Source of the DNA: Lama glama
Lineage: Eukaryota
DNA: 63,758 nt
Assembly: GCA_028534125.1 (NCBI GenBank)
Contig: CM052816.1
Coordinates: 3,784,001 to 3,847,758 of the forward strand
Direction of reading: 5' to 3'
Made by a program: the position numbers and the translations under genes. Numbering within the stretch: the first letter of the stretch is position 1; each line of letters opens with the position of its first letter. The notes under the pieces were generated by a model. That model ran no database searches. It saw nothing but the letters and a program-made list of their open reading frames with translations, and was not told where the DNA came from. This document shows positions 25,000-39,010 of this stretch, piece after piece.

Positions 25000-25470
25000 C
25001 CATCTTCTTCGGAGCCCGTCAGCCTATAAAAAGTAAGCCAGCACAGGTGAAGGGCAGACTCCTTAACGTGACAGGTAGCCCCTTCTTCACCTGGCACCGG
25101 CCACTTCCCCGGCCTCATCTCGTGTCAGGTTCCCTTCACTCTGTCACAAAGCATGGTAGCCATTTCCCCCAATTCTCTCCCTTTCTGAGCCTTTGCAAAT
25201 GTCCTTCCCTTGGCCAGCAAGGCTCTTCTTCCCACCCCTTCTGCTGCTCTCATCAGTCCTTTGGATCTGGTCAGATGTCTTTTCTGGGGCTGGGGTCCTT
25301 CCTAGAGGTGCCCTCATATTCCTGGCACACCTCTATCACAGCATTTATCACATGGCAGTGCAGTGATCCATGGACACCTATGTCCTTCCTTGCCAGACTT
25401 CAAATTCCTTGAGATGATGGACAGTGTGTCACTCATTATTCAATCTTTCAGGCCCAGTACACTGTCTATA
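25000..25470 (+). mobile_element. L2 fragment
   Basis: 'cacagcatttatcacatgg...ccagacttcaaattccttgagatgatggacagtgtgtc' L2 3' motifs. Confidence 0.6.
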
Positions 25471-25859
25471 GCTAAGGACGTGACTGTAGGAGCAATAAAG
25501 AAAGAACCTCAACTAGGGATACTTCAGAAAGTGAACATCCATACAAATTAAAAACAATGAAAGCTGCCATTTCCATAAGCATTAGACAAAGCGCCTGATT
25601 GACATTATCGTTGTTAATCCTCATTGTAACTCTAGAGGGTAGGCACTGTTAACCCCGACCCACAATTGAGAAAATGAATGTTCAGACACACTGACAGTCT
25701 CTTTGCAAAACTAAAGTCCTTCACTACCACACTCCATGCTGCACAGTTAAGCTCCAGCTGTGTGCCCAGCCCTGTGTTAAATGCTAAGTGAGAAGGAATG
25801 AAGGTAGAGACCCTCTCTTCCAGGAGCTTCTAGTCTAAAGGATGAAACATGGGTAACAC

Positions 25860-26525
25860 GCATAATGGCAGGGATGTGGAGATACAGGGACTCTCATATA
25901 CCACTAGTGGGAACACAGCATGGTGCAGGGCACTTCGAAAATGGGTTTCACTGTTAAAAAGTCAAACCGAGTTACTATATGACCCCGCCATTCCACTCAC
26001 AGCTACCTGCCCCAAATAAATAAAAGTCTATGTTCTCACAAATACCTGAACAGAAATGTCCATTACAGTAAAATTCTTAATCACCAAAAAGTGAAAATAA
26101 CTCAGATGCCCATCAACTGATGAATAAATATGCAAAATATTCTATATCTGTGCAATGGAATACTACGTATCAATAAAAAGGAACAATATGCTGAGCCATG
26201 CTACAACACAGACAGACTCCAAAAATGTTACGCTAAGTGAACGAAGACAGACACAAAGGACCATGTATTGTATGATTCTGTTTATACAGAATGTCCAGAG
26301 AGGCACATTTATAGAGATAGAAAGGAGATTAGTGGTAGTCTTGGATTATGAGTGAGGAGTGACTGTAAACAGGTTCAAAGATTTTTACAGAGGTGACAGA
26401 AGTGCTCTACAATTGGAATGTGGTGATACTGGCATAACTCAATTTACCAAAAAGTCATCAAAATGTATAATTAAAAGGGTGAATATCATGGTATGTAAAT
26501 TTAACCTTTATAAGTTTTATTTTAA
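25860..26525 (+). mobile_element. Old L1M (L1MB/ME-type) 3' end
   Basis: 'atatgaccccgccattccactc', 'atgcccatcaactgatgaat', 'atggaatactac', 'gtattgtatgattctgtttatacagaatgtccaga'. Confidence 0.85.
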
Positions 26526-26627
26526 AGAGGAATAGACATGCAGTTCTGTGCCCAGAAAAGAGGAATGTAGTTCAGGAGATGGAATTATGTGCTTTAAAAT
26601 TCCCCAAATGAATAAGAGATGTGTTCA

Positions 26628-26882
26628 TGGTGGGGAGGAGGGATACATTAGGAGTTTGGGGTTACCAGATACAAACTACTGTACATAAAGTAGATAAACA
26701 ACAAAGTCCTACTGTATAGCACAGGGAACTATATTCAGTATTTCATAATAACCTAAAAATGAAAAAGTATATATATGTTTGTAGAGATATAAATGTATAA
26801 CTGAATCATTGTGCTGTACACTGGAAACTAACACAACATTGTAAATCAACTATGTTTAAAGAAAAAAAATAATTAAAAGATA
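26628..26882 (+). mobile_element. Short L1 3'UTR with 14-bp TSD
   Basis: TSD aagagatgtgttca at 26614-26627 and 26883-26896. Confidence 0.93.
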
Positions 26883-27378
26883 AAGAGATGTGTTCAGATA
26901 TGTGTGCTGGGGGAAGAAGCAGTAGGTTTGAGAGGGAACTGGTAAGAAACAACTCTATTATTTGTCCATACCTAGTGTGGAGATAAAAGGAAGATGCTGG
27001 CAAGTGTTCTATCCTCATCAAGGACCGAGCCTGGGGAGGGAGGAGTGGTGTGAAGGAAGACAGGGCTGCATTAGACCCAGGAAGTGCTGTGTGATCAAGA
27101 CAATTCAATTGGGGGACAGGTGACCACGGGAGCTACTGATCATCTTTTCTAGGGAGGATTAAAAACGGGGTAATCAGCAGTGCTGGATGATAACACAACA
27201 GCAGGGACCAGATGACCCCTCGGTGTCTGGGTCACAGCTTCTGATCACTTGCTAAGTCATTTCAACTTGATTCACGTGTTCATTCTTTTACCACTGATGT
27301 CAAGTGACATTGTTTTTCTTTCTTCTCCTTGTTATTTCCCAGCTACTACAAAGCTAAAGCTCATAGATTGGTTAGGAT

Positions 27379-27381
<3 letters not shown>

Positions 27382-27456
<75 letters not shown>

Positions 27457-27460
27457 TGTG
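27382..27460. repeat. Compound (GT)~22(AG)~14 microsatellite
   Basis: Read directly. Confidence 0.97.
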
Positions 27461-27704
27461 AAGGGGAGGGATATAAGACACAGATCTGTCAAACTGCTTT
27501 GCTGCCTCAGTGGGTCAGAATTGTGATTCCTCACATATGTTTTATAACATCTCATAAAGTAGTTTTTAGTGATTTATAGATCCGTGGCCATGGTATTTGA
27601 AGCATTCTATATTTCCCGGTTGCCAGTAGTAATATACGGATGGGCATTCCTTGCCCTCTATGTCTTCTGGGTATGAGTCAGTCACCCAAAGAGGGGGGAT
27701 TCCT

Positions 27705-27731
27705 CCACACACACACACACACACACACACA
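27705..27731. repeat. (CA)~13 microsatellite
   Basis: Read directly. Confidence 0.95.
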
Positions 27732-28069
27732 GGGAATACACCTAATTTTCTTTATTTCTAAATGGCTTCATTCCCACTTGTCCTTTAGGGCATACTTGTC
27801 ACTTTCTGAGAAGTCTTCCCTGATATTCCTTCATCCTTTAGAAACCACCTTTCCTCAGGAGCACACACATACATACACATGCACACACACACAGCATTAT
27901 GGCATACTGGCTCAGAATATGAATTCAAAAATCAGATTGCAAGCAAGGATAGAATGTTTTTCTCGACCCCTTGTTGGTATCCTTTCTAAGTCTCACTCTC
28001 CCGATACGAACACTAAGGGAATCAAGATAATTTTATCTTTCAAATTGAACATTAACTCACACAAGCCAT

Positions 28070-28420
28070 GTCTCTCGGTCAAAGAGGCCAGGTTATACCT
28101 TGGTAACAACAAAATCCTCAGTGGCTTCAAACGATACAGATTTGTTTCTTACCCAAGCTACATGTCCATGACGGCTGAACAGGGACGTCAGCCAGGGATA
28201 CTGGAAGACAGAGCAGCCACCGCTGGGAACACTTCGCTGCTCCCTGTGTCTTGCGGCACATGGACGATCATATTTCCTTACCCACTAGTGATGGGTTTGG
28301 CCACAAGATGTGCTGTAGCCTGTGAAATGCGAGCTTAAGTCAGACTGGAGCAGATGCTGCAACAGCCAGGACGCGCTCGACCACGCTCTCCTGTTACTTT
28401 CCCTCTCTCTAGGTAGCAAG
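28070..28420. mobile_element. Old MaLR/ERVL LTR fragments (MLT1-like)
   Basis: 'ggtaacaacaaaatcctcagtggcttcaaacgatacagatttgtttctta' (MLT1 end, minus strand) followed by an LTR-like 'tttggccacaagatgtg'. Confidence 0.5.
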
Positions 28421-29959
28421 CTTCCAGCAGCAGGGATAGCACCGTCGCTGCCTTTTTATCCCATCCACCTCTCATGCTTCCTGACGCAGGGTAGGGAGAC
28501 AGGGCCTGGATGAACGGTCTTGTCAGCTGCAGAGAACCACAAGTGCACATCCCAGATGAAGTCAAGACTGGTTTTAAAGTCATCAAGGCCTAAGTACCAC
28601 TCACCCAGACCAGGACTGTGTTTGCCGGCCACCCAGGGAAACAGTGAGACCAACCTGGGGATTGCTGCATGCCTGGAGGCACAGGTTAAAGATTTTCCTT
28701 AAAGAATGTTTGTAAGGAGACTTAAGCACGTCCCACGGAATCACTTAGGCTGAGCCTCGACCCTTCTCCCAGCGGAAATGTGGACGAGCCTCACCGTTCT
28801 GCTTCTATTCCCTGCCACGTTGGGAAAGGGAGCTGGACAGTAGAACCATTAAGGTCTTTTCCACTTTAAAGTCTTTTTCGATCATGCACGGGAATGGGAT
28901 GCTCTTTGGACAACAATAACTCAGAGCCCTCACTGAGAACCGGTGCCCACAACCCAGGGACGCTGCCGTGAGAGCATCTTGTGTGACTTGCAGTTTTGCC
29001 AAAGATATTCTTGCAAAAACTCTTTACAAATCACTCCAAAATGTACACCCAGGTTTGGGGAGGATTTAGCCATGAAAACCAACACCAACACATTGTTCTG
29101 AAACAGAAACTTTTAAGCAACCTTTAAAAAGAGACATCGGTGGAGAATTTATCGATCGTTTGACGGGAAGAAAATGAGAGATGGATAATAAAGTGTTAAG
29201 TCGCTACATTCCCTGTCCCAGGTGAAAAATGTGAACTTATGGACCCTGAGCTGTTGTTGAGAAGGGAGGCGGCTCATTTATCTTAAGCAGACACATAAAA
29301 GAAAATAAGTATGATTAGACCGACGCCACGTGCTCAGATTAAAATCCCGCTGTGGCAATCCCTGCTGCTCGGTGAGCGCTCCCCACCAGTAAAGCCCGAT
29401 TAAGACATGGGCTTGAGTGGTATTTAAAAGGCACGCTGTGCAAATCCCTTCCAAAATAGATCTTTTCACCGGGGCACACACCCCGAGGGAGCTACCTGTC
29501 CTGCCTTCCCTCTGTTCATTAGGAAAAGTTGTCAGGTGTACACGACAGTGTCTTTTATGAGACTTCAAGTTACAACTTCAAAGGGCCCAGTGCCTTTGAG
29601 ATACTTGTGAGAAAGGTTTCAAGAGGCAAGTTCAGAAACAGAAAGGCTGGTATGTGTACTCCCAGCACTGGAGCTGTCCTATTAAATTGGCCCTTCTGTT
29701 CAAGTTTTGATGCCCAAATTGGCCTTCCAAAGGGAGGTGTCACACGTGCTCCAGTCTTTCAGATGGGTCGCCAATGTCCACAATCACCCTTTGCCTTAAA
29801 AAATGAGAAGCAGCAGTCGCCCCGGGGAGACGTCTACGGCTGCTTCCCTTGAGCGCACCTCGAACGACTCATATTCTTCCCACACTTCACGCGTGCTTTC
29901 CTGAAATATTGAAACGACTGAACATAGCCCAGGGAATCACTGAAGCCTTGAAGAGTCCT

Positions 29960-30430
29960 GTGTGCTCAGTGAACAAAGGCATGCACTTGTCCTCCTATAT
30001 TCAGAGCACTGCACAAGCCAGAGCTATGAAAGGCTGTGAGGTTAAGAATGAGGCAGCGCAAGACGGGAGAGGCTGAGGAGGGAGGGAAATGTCAATTTTC
30101 CACAGGAAGTCCGGGATGTTGTCTCTGAGAAGAAACCAGAAACCCAAATGAAGTGAGGAAGACAGCCATGGGAAGACTCCAGGGACAGAGGGGATGAGTC
30201 TGGCACATTTGAGGAACACCAAGAAGGCCACTGTGACTACAGGGGCACTGTATTTACTTCTACAGGAGATGGAGAGTAGTAGACTGATCTGGACAGGTTG
30301 GAAGGGACCAGATCAACAGAGCATCTTAGAGAAGATGCTACTAAGGAGTCTGGGGTTTTATTCTTTATCTGATCTGTGCCAATGGAATGTATTAAGGAAG
30401 GAAACGCTGGGAACTGATTTGTATTTTAAT
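29960..30430 (-). mobile_element. L2 fragment
   Basis: 'ctggcacatttgaggaacaccaagaaggccactgtgact...ctaaggagtctggggttttattct'. Confidence 0.65.
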
Positions 30431-30772
30431 TCAGATAAATTCCAACAAGACTTTCATGAAAGCATTAGACAAAACTCTGATGAATTCACTACCTCAAACT
30501 GATTTCAAAAATAATGTTCCAGAAAAAGAACTGCTGGTAATAGAGTCTGTAATTGTGGTCAACTTAAATCACTTTTTGTTTTCTTAGAATGCACTCCCCA
30601 CTTCTTTTGCATAACCAAATTCAGAGATCACAATGATCAAGACCATGAGTTTTAGAATCAGAAAGACCCATTTTTGAGTTCAGGTCCCATCACTTACTAG
30701 TCATTGGACCTTTCCTGAACCTTTTATATCTGTATTAATGAGGATCAGGTTATCCCTCTTTGAGCACTCTTC

Positions 30773-30808
30773 GTGTGTATGTGTGTGTGTGTGTGTGTGT
30801 GCGCGCAC
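30773..30808. repeat. (GT)n(GC)n microsatellite
   Basis: Alternating purine-pyrimidine run read directly. Confidence 0.9.
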
Positions 30809-31560
30809 GTGCTCATGTGCACTGACCTGCTTAGCATGGTGCCTGGGACATTATAAATATTCAACAACACCCTACACTACACCATCCATTGCCCCATTCC
30901 CTGGCTCCTGCATGCATCTCCTCCTTCCTTTTCTGACTACATTCTCTGATCTCCTATGGCAGCCACACTCTGCCACACATAATTTCACACTTACTTGATT
31001 TGATGTGCTTGGAGAGGCTTGTGCAAGAGAAGGAGAAAGACGGTCCATAATGTAGCTCCCAGTGTCAAGAGGATGGAGAATGAAGGAGATAAAGGAAGAG
31101 TTATGAAGAAGCGAAAGGAGTTTGCTGCTAAATTTGTCTCAGTTCCTAAGGGAAACTGACGCGATTAGAGCTCACCCAGTATCTGAAAGCTAGTAATCCA
31201 GAAGGAAAGGAAAGGAGAGAGGATGTTTCAGGGTTTGCCGAAATAGAGGCTGCCTTCCTGTCGGGTCAAAAGAGTACTTTAATCATTTCAATAGTAAAGA
31301 ATTAAATCATCAAATACTAAAGAGCCTGAAGCAGGTTGAAAGGATTCCATTTACTTTTTATTCCCTTTTAATTACCATGTCAGGTATCACTCATATGCCC
31401 TATGCATCTCTTAAGATGGGCATCTCTAATAGTATGAACAGGTTCAGAGACCCAGAATCAGGGTAGTCCTCTGGGCAGGAAGAGCACATAGCAGAGGAGA
31501 TTTAATACCTACTGTGAACCCAATCATAACCATTTTTTAAACCTTATTTGGGATAGCAGT

Positions 31561-31933
31561 TGTGATGGTTAATTTTATGTGTCACCTCAACTGGGTCATA
31601 GGGTGACTGGATATTTGGTCAAACATCACTCTGGGTGTGTCTGTGAGAGTGTTTCTGGATGAGATTAACATTTGAAGGGGTAGACCTAGGAAAGCAGACT
31701 GGCCTCCATAACACAGGTGGGCCTCATCCAATCAGTTGAAGGCATGAATAGAACAAAAGGGCTAATCATTTCTCTAGTAAGTGGGAATTTTTCCAGGCTC
31801 TTCTTGGGCCAGAAGCCGGCTGGCACTGGGTCAGCCCCCAACACCATGTGAGCCAATTCCTTATAATAGATCTCTTGATTGACACATACACACATCGTAT
31901 TGTCTGTTTCTTTGGAGAATTCTCAGTAATACA
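31561..31933 (+). mobile_element. MLT2 (ERVL) solo LTR
   Basis: Start 'tgtgatggttaattttatgtgtca' and end 'ttctttggagaattctcagtaataca' match the recalled MLT2 termini. Confidence 0.88.
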
Positions 31934-34849
31934 GTAAAAGAGGAAGTTATCCCCCTCAAGTGCATAGGAAGAGAAGTGTATCAAACAAACACGTGAGCAT
32001 GACTTTGAATTAAAAGGGAATTTTCAGAAAGGATTCACCCTTATTACATCATCTCCACCCCCATCACACACCCCTTACTCTAGAAAGATGTTAAGACTTT
32101 CTGAGTCCTTGCATGGGAACAGCAGTCACCACCGTCATAGCCTGTTGGTCACTTCTGCTTCTAAGGAGAGGGAAGTTCACTACATGACAGTATTAGGAGC
32201 TATCAAGCACCCGGTAAGAACTTCTCTTTGGATCTCTCCCAGATTAGGATGCCAGGCTTAAGATTACAAGGTGGTCATGTCAGAATGAGCTATGTCACAA
32301 TGACAAAAAGCTTAAGGTAACCTTGACCTTGATGGGAATGGGGGCTCTCCCAGGTACTGGGAAATCAACCCCTTAATACAATGTAAACTCGTCGGGCACG
32401 GTTCAGTAAGAGTTTACAGTTACTGCAGTCAACTAGAAGCTGCAGGTCAGATGCTGCCTCATGTTACGTTTGTATTCCACAAGCTTACAGAAGGATCTTG
32501 AGAGATTTGCCTTTATCTTGTTCATGGCTCTTTCTATGCTCTGTCAGTTCAGAGAAAGACAAGACATAGTGAGAAAGACTCACTTTTTCCTACATGCTCT
32601 ACAGCACAAGTATGCCAGAGAAGTTAACAAGCAAGAGAGTGCCCATCCTTATACTCAAAACATGGCAGAAAGAAAGATTCACAAAACCCGAGTACAAAGA
32701 ATACAGTATTCCTCAGGTCATGCTTAAAAGGTACAGTGGAGAAGACTTCACGTTAACTAGAAAAAGTTCATCTGGGGAGGGCCTGTTCTTCAGGAACGAC
32801 AGATATATGCATTATGGGAACAAATTCTTATACTTGTAAAACTCTTTGTACTAAGGGAAAAAAAACGTTACGTGGTAGATATGCCTTATCTGCTTTCCCA
32901 GCACTTTCCATTCTGGCTTAAATCCTATTATTCACGAGACATGACTTGGCCAGTGGGAACATTTCCAGCAACAATATTTCAGAATTAAAATTCTAATTTA
33001 ACCAACATGACCCCTGGAAATTACCAAGCTTGGGTAAAAAGAACCCCTTCAACATAAATTGCCATGTGTTATTCATTCCATCCAGAGCGTGCTCCGAAAA
33101 GTCTCCAATCATTTTTTACCATCTAAGCTGCCTTTCTTATCATACAATGCCTCATAATGGGCAAGCCTTAAAAAAAAAAGTGCGCTCCACCGCCATCACT
33201 GATACACGTGTGGGAATGAAACCCGTCTGGGAAACACAAAAAAGCCATTTCTCAGTGGCTGAATAAGAGGGGAGTATGAATAGCTTGAAAAAAATGTACA
33301 GTTTAACAAGCCATTATACAATGAAGATGTTAGCTTAGGGGATAACTCAATATTTTCTTAACTTCAGACTTTAAAATGTCTGTTTTTATGGAGCAATGCG
33401 GTAGCAACTTCAGTTTCAAAAAGACTCATTCTCATATGCTGATTCTACTCCTCATCACCTATGCGACCCAGGGCAAGTCACTTAGTATTTTGCACCTCGG
33501 TTTGTTCTTCTATAAGAAATCAACAAGCAATCACGGTGGATGAGTCTGATTGTTTCAACAACCTGCAGAGAAAACAGCACAGTTGGGCTGCTTTCTAAAT
33601 GTTACTGCCCCTCTTTCAGTTAAAAGTAGAAAGAGATTTGGCCTCAACATACTGTCTTTTTAGGAATAAAAATCCTTCTTTATGGGTTGAGATTCTTGAG
33701 GCTAGGATTATTTCAGATTTTCCCCTTCTTTCATAATCACATCATGTGCTAGAGAATCAGTTCTTGAGTGGATCCAGACTAAAGCTCGTGGAGTTCTTTC
33801 CCTTAGGTCTGGGCCTGAAATGTGGGACTCATCCGAGTCAGTTTCCGTATACTGGAAAAACCTGGCTTCTGGAATGTCAATTTCAGACTAGTGGACGTAT
33901 TCACCAAGTTTCTTTCTGTTAGTGTAGATATGAGCTTCAAATCCTGCAACACGTAACATCCAGGCGGAGACAGCCATTCTAGCTGGCATCAGGCTACTCC
34001 TCTCTCACCTGGATTTAGCTCCAAATTCTGGGTTTCCGTGTGATGAGACTTGCTCTAAGCTCCATCTCCAAGTGGATAAAAATGTTAGTGGAGATGCCCT
34101 AAAGCTGGTTCTAATCTCCTGGGATGATGTCAACTTTGCAAACTTGATACAGAGAAACGCTATAATGAGTACCAGGGTTTTACAGAAATTGAGTACCTAG
34201 AAATGTGCTTGCTGTACCAGTCATTTATCTTTTTTTTTTTAAAGAAACATCAAAACCAGACATAAAAGCAAACTAGCTGGGCTGGCAGGTAGAGAAGAGT
34301 GCATCTCAGTTGAAATGGATGAAGCAGCGTTCGAATCTTATTTTGAGCGTCAGGACAACATACTTTACTCAGCAGACAGCATGTACAAGGTACCAGGTGA
34401 GTTACAGAGGCTACTGCTCTCAGGAGAGAGGGTAAGAAATACAGAAGAAAAGGAGGAGCCTGAATTCCACCCCCCCACCCCACCCCCGGCTGGGGTCGAT
34501 TCCACATACAAACGAAGCTGCAGGATTCCTAGGCTTCTCACTCCATTCATGCTGTCAGTGCACAAAGAAAAAGACTGGTAACATAAACCACCCTTTTGAG
34601 TACCAAGAGTCAGTGAGCATTTAAGATGGTCATATTGTGTCACCTGTAATTTGTATCAATTCTCTCTCTTCAACCTTAGGGTGACCCCTTTTCCCTCACA
34701 GCCAGACATCTAAGCTATGCTGTCTTCTAAAAATGTCACGGGGTGGATTCCTGTTAAATACCCAGCATGGATGTAAGAAAAGGAAGAATTCTGTCTCAGG
34801 CAAGTCCATGATCTTGGGGGCTTGGAGGCAAAGTCAGAAGGACACAACT

Positions 34850-35168
34850 GCACTCCAGCCACGCTGGCCTTCTGGCTTATCCTTTGAACACATTAAATAG
34901 GACCAACCCCAGGGCCTTTGTACTTGCTGTGCCCTCTGCCTGGAATGCTTGCCCCCAAGCTCTGGACACTTCTGGTTTCTTCACTTAATTGATGTTTTTC
35001 TCCAATGTGATCTCCTTCTTGAGGCCTTCCCTGACCACTTTTATTTACTTGTCTGTGATTAGTACCCCGACTAGATAGTAGCTCCCCGGAGAGAGGGACA
35101 TTGCTCTGTTTATTGTTGGAACAATGCCTGACATATGAAAGGAGGTCAATCAATGTTTGAAATAAATG
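34850..35168 (+). mobile_element. L2a-like 3' end
   Basis: 'ccagggcctttgtacttgctgtgccctctgcctggaatgct...gaacaatgcctgacatat...tcaatcaatgtttgaaataaatg'. Confidence 0.85.
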
Positions 35169-37202
35169 TGTTATCTTTCACAAATCAATAAAAGCCAAGT
35201 CATTCTCTCTCATCTATAAACTCAAAGAGTGATATCTAACATCATAAAGCTTTGCACTGGAATTAACATACTTGGAAAAAACAACTTGCTAAATCATAAA
35301 ATGCACTGAAATATTAGTCATTGCTCTCATCTTCTTTATAGTTAACTAGCTCTCCTATCGGATTGCCCAGTAGCAATGGATTTTGATTCATAAACTTGTC
35401 CCAAGAGTGGGTGAACTCCTTGAAAGAGCAATCTTATTTCATTGCTTTTCTTTAGGCCTGGCTTAGACAATAAATTCTTGTTGGTTGGGAGATGGATAAA
35501 TGGATAAATGGCATAAAGCAGATGCCTTAGTACAAATATAAAAGGGAAAGAGACAGGACCAAGTGCACAGTTCTGACTCACGACACTGGGAATCAAGGCA
35601 AAACACCAACAGGTAACAGACCAGCACTCAAAACACCCCCCACCCCCAGCCATGCACCCTGAAGAGTGCCTGGACTGAATCCCAATCCACAAGTCCAAGC
35701 TGAATCACAGTCAAAAATCAATACATCTGTCATGATTAATCAAATGCTCATAAATAGGAGGTCAGACCTGAGCCATGACTCCACTCTGTTAAGTAGAAAC
35801 AGACACAAGGGCCCCAGGGAGAGACAGAAATCAGGATGCGGCCAGCCCAAGGCCTAAAGGCATGGGTGGGGGCATTTTGTTAGAATGGAAAGAAATAAGC
35901 TGATGTAACTGGGCTTACCACTGTGTGGTCAGAAATGACAGTGGATTCGGTCCTGAGTGGGTCTCATTCAGTAAAATGCACGTCTCTCTGATAACACTGA
36001 CTTCTCGCATTTCATGAAATCATAAATACAGGCGATCCACTGAGGCAAACTGTGTACTGTCTGTGGTTCCTCTTCATGAAGATGGATTAGATCAGAAATG
36101 AACTGAATATATATTTATAAAAATAAAGAATTTTAAAGCAAAAAGAAGGCCTGGATATCTTGTAACCTAACTTTGCCATTTTTAATGGAAAAGAACTCAG
36201 GGCTAAGGCTCTGGGGTGACTTGCCCAGTCACACAAGTAGTGAGTGGCAGGACCAGGGCCACGATTTCATCTCCTGACCCCTGACCTGGTGCTCTTTCTA
36301 CGTTACCTTTCTGTCAGTAGTGAACAATGCCCCAATCAGTCAGGCCTTTTGAAAGTCAGCACGCAACAGAACAATACACAATGTCAAGCAACGAATTAAA
36401 ACAGGGACCTTACCTCACTCCAGAGGTGTGTTCGCAGAATCCTAAAAATTTAGGTCACCAGGAAGAATGCCTCAGATATATAAAAATCTCAATATTCCTG
36501 CAGTTATTTAGAATCTATTTTAGAGCCAGAAGGCCTGGCCAGTCATTAAGTACAATTCCCTAATTTTGCCGATGATGAAATGGATTTCAGAGAGGCTACT
36601 TTCCCAGTATCATACAGCTGGTCAAAATAAAGACACAATGATTTAACAGAATGATTTTTACACTATTCTGTACAGGTGGTCCCAATTGTCTGAGAATATG
36701 TGTCCCAGGAATGCCTTGAAGAAACTCCTCTTCATTCTAATCAAACTGAACGGAACTGCTGCAAAAAAATGGTGCAGAAGCAGCCAAGGGCACCCAGCAT
36801 CCAGGAAAAACACTCCAGAGGTGATGTCATTGACTCTATGACAACCGAAAAACAATTCTATTTTTCATCTGACAAATGAAATACACCTAGGTCACATGCA
36901 ATTGCCCACACCAGTGCTCAATACGGGGCTCAAGGCACTGGGGGGACTTGCCCACGGACTGACCTACAGTAGACAACTGAATAAATTCTTGTTGGGTGGA
37001 CAGACGGATAAGTGAATGAACAGAGTGAATAAAAGGCTTATGGTAAAAATGCAAAAGGAAAAGAGATGGGGTCAAGCATACAGCTTGGACTCACGAAGCT
37101 GAGAATTAAAATAAGACACGGGATATGACGACAGACCGACACCCGAAGATCCCAAACCAGAAACCTCCGAGAGTTCCTCCAAACCAGGGACTCAAGTCGA
37201 AC

Positions 37203-37686
37203 TGTAACCAAGCGGGACCCTAGAGGGCCTTCTTGAGACAGAGCCCTCCCTCATTTCCTCCTTTCCGAAATACCAAGACAACGATCTCTGATGTACATTT
37301 CCCAAGCTGTTTTATAGACACTAAAACCGCCACCACACAGAAGACATTAAGTACCTGGTGACCATGAGCACGCAGCCTCCAGGCCTCCTGGTGCCTAAGG
37401 ACTGATGATGTTAACCCGCCACACCGCCCTGTCCCCTTCACCATCAACCGACCAGGGAGCTGTGCACAAGCTGATCACGTACCCTGGGACTCCTCCTCCC
37501 TCACCTGGCCTTTAAAAACGCTTTCCTGAAACTCATCAGGGAGTTCAGACGTTCTCAGCACCAGCTGCCCCGACTCCTTGCGTGGTGCCCTGCAATAAAC
37601 GCTGCACTCTCCCACACCACCACCCGGACTCAGCAGGCTGGCTTTACTGCCTGCTGGTGAGGGGACCCAAGTGTGGTTTGGTAACA
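37203..37686 (+). mobile_element. Intact solo LTR, ERV1 class (484 bp)
   Basis: TGTAAC...GTAACA termini, 4-bp TSD GAAC (37199-37202 / 37687-37690), TATA-like tttaaaaa near 37511, AATAAA at 37594-37599. Confidence 0.92.
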
Positions 37687-38480
37687 GAACCATTGGTTCA
37701 GATAAAGAACTAAGTTTTCTAATTTAATAAAAATTGATACAGTGGGTGTGAAGGGATTGGGGAAGAGGGAACAAAGAAGCCAGAAGCTTGCTGGGGTAAG
37801 TCCAACCCTCACACTCCGTATGTGAACAGACTGCAAAAGTCACACTTTGGACCAGATTTTATGAAGTCACTTTAACTGCTCTCTGGCTATAGTGTCTTGG
37901 ACAAGAAAGCAGTCCTGTCCCAAACACTGTGATATGTGACTATACATACTGTTCCTGGTAATCATCAAACTAAGATTGGAACAAAAAAGCATTCAATGGG
38001 GTAATAAGCTACTGTGGATAGGCCAGAAGGTCAGATGACAAGAGTGGATACTTGGCCCGAGACCATCCTACAGGAGTGGGTTCCCGTCAGACTGTGGAGG
38101 CCACCCACACCAAATGTGGGCACAAACGTTACTAAGACTCCAGGCCATGACTCCTGCCTCTTACACGCATCTAGCTGCCAATGACGGTCTGTAAAACATT
38201 ACCCAAGATACCAACACCTCCAGCTCATGATGTGAACAGAAAAGCCTTTATCCTTCTGCTCAGTGGCATCTGCACGAGGTCAGCTCTTCCCCACCCGTCT
38301 TCTTTTCCTGGGAACTTCTCCTCCTGTTCATCTGCACATCCCTTCTGCCGGCTCGCCAGGCCCCAGTGCCAGCACTGTCTGCCTCCTTGTTCCCACGCCC
38401 TGACGTTCCTCTCAGTGCTGGAGGGACAAGGGCAGGCATCTATGACAAGTTCTCCCTCTCACTGCTGCATGGCCCTCGAC

Positions 38481-38682
38481 CAGTGGTTCTCAACCAGGGG
38501 TGACTTGGCTCCCGGGTGGACATCTGGCCATGTCTGGAGACATTTCTGACTGTCACATGTGGGGAACTAACAAGATCTAGTGGGTAGAGGCCAGATTTGC
38601 TGCTAAACATACCATGATGCACAGAACAGCCTCCCACAATAAAGAATTATTTGGCCCAAAGTGCAGAGGTTGAGAAGCTCTG
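38481..38682 (+). mobile_element. MER20, near full length
   Basis: cagtggttctcaacc...ggttgagaagctctg; degenerate 8-bp TSD ccctcgac / tcctagac. Confidence 0.92.
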
Positions 38683-39010
38683 TCCTAGACAATTCAAACG
38701 CTGTAGACCTCAGTGTTGCAACTGAGTGAAGGGATAAAACTGCCTTTCTCTGCCTAATTCACTATCCTGCCGGGAAGGCAGGTTGGTAATATGCACGTAA
38801 GTGCTTTGAAAAGCATTTTATAAACGCTACCCTTCTTTTTAGCGCTTGATACTTCTGCAGATTATACAAAGAGGATTAAAAGGTGCTTATAATCTTTCTC
38901 ATTTACAATATAATCTTCATACTTTGACTGTAGAGAGGATATTTATTGTCGAGAGAACAGAGTTTCTTCTTTACCAAAGCCCAGTAAGCGAGCATCACTG
39001 TCTGTTTTTA

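Noticed and set aside
27640..28338. Longest real ORF (232 aa)
   Set aside because: Runs through CA microsatellites (HTHT) and LTR fragments; no recognisable domain
34315..34581. Protein-like 88-aa ORF (MDEAAFESYFERQDN...)
   Set aside because: No recognised family and no promoter, splice or retrocopy hallmarks; length compatible with chance. BLASTP/PhyloCSF would settle it
36676..36819. Possible + strand exon (tacAG...GAG|GTGATG) with one open frame
   Set aside because: Weak donor and unrecognised peptide
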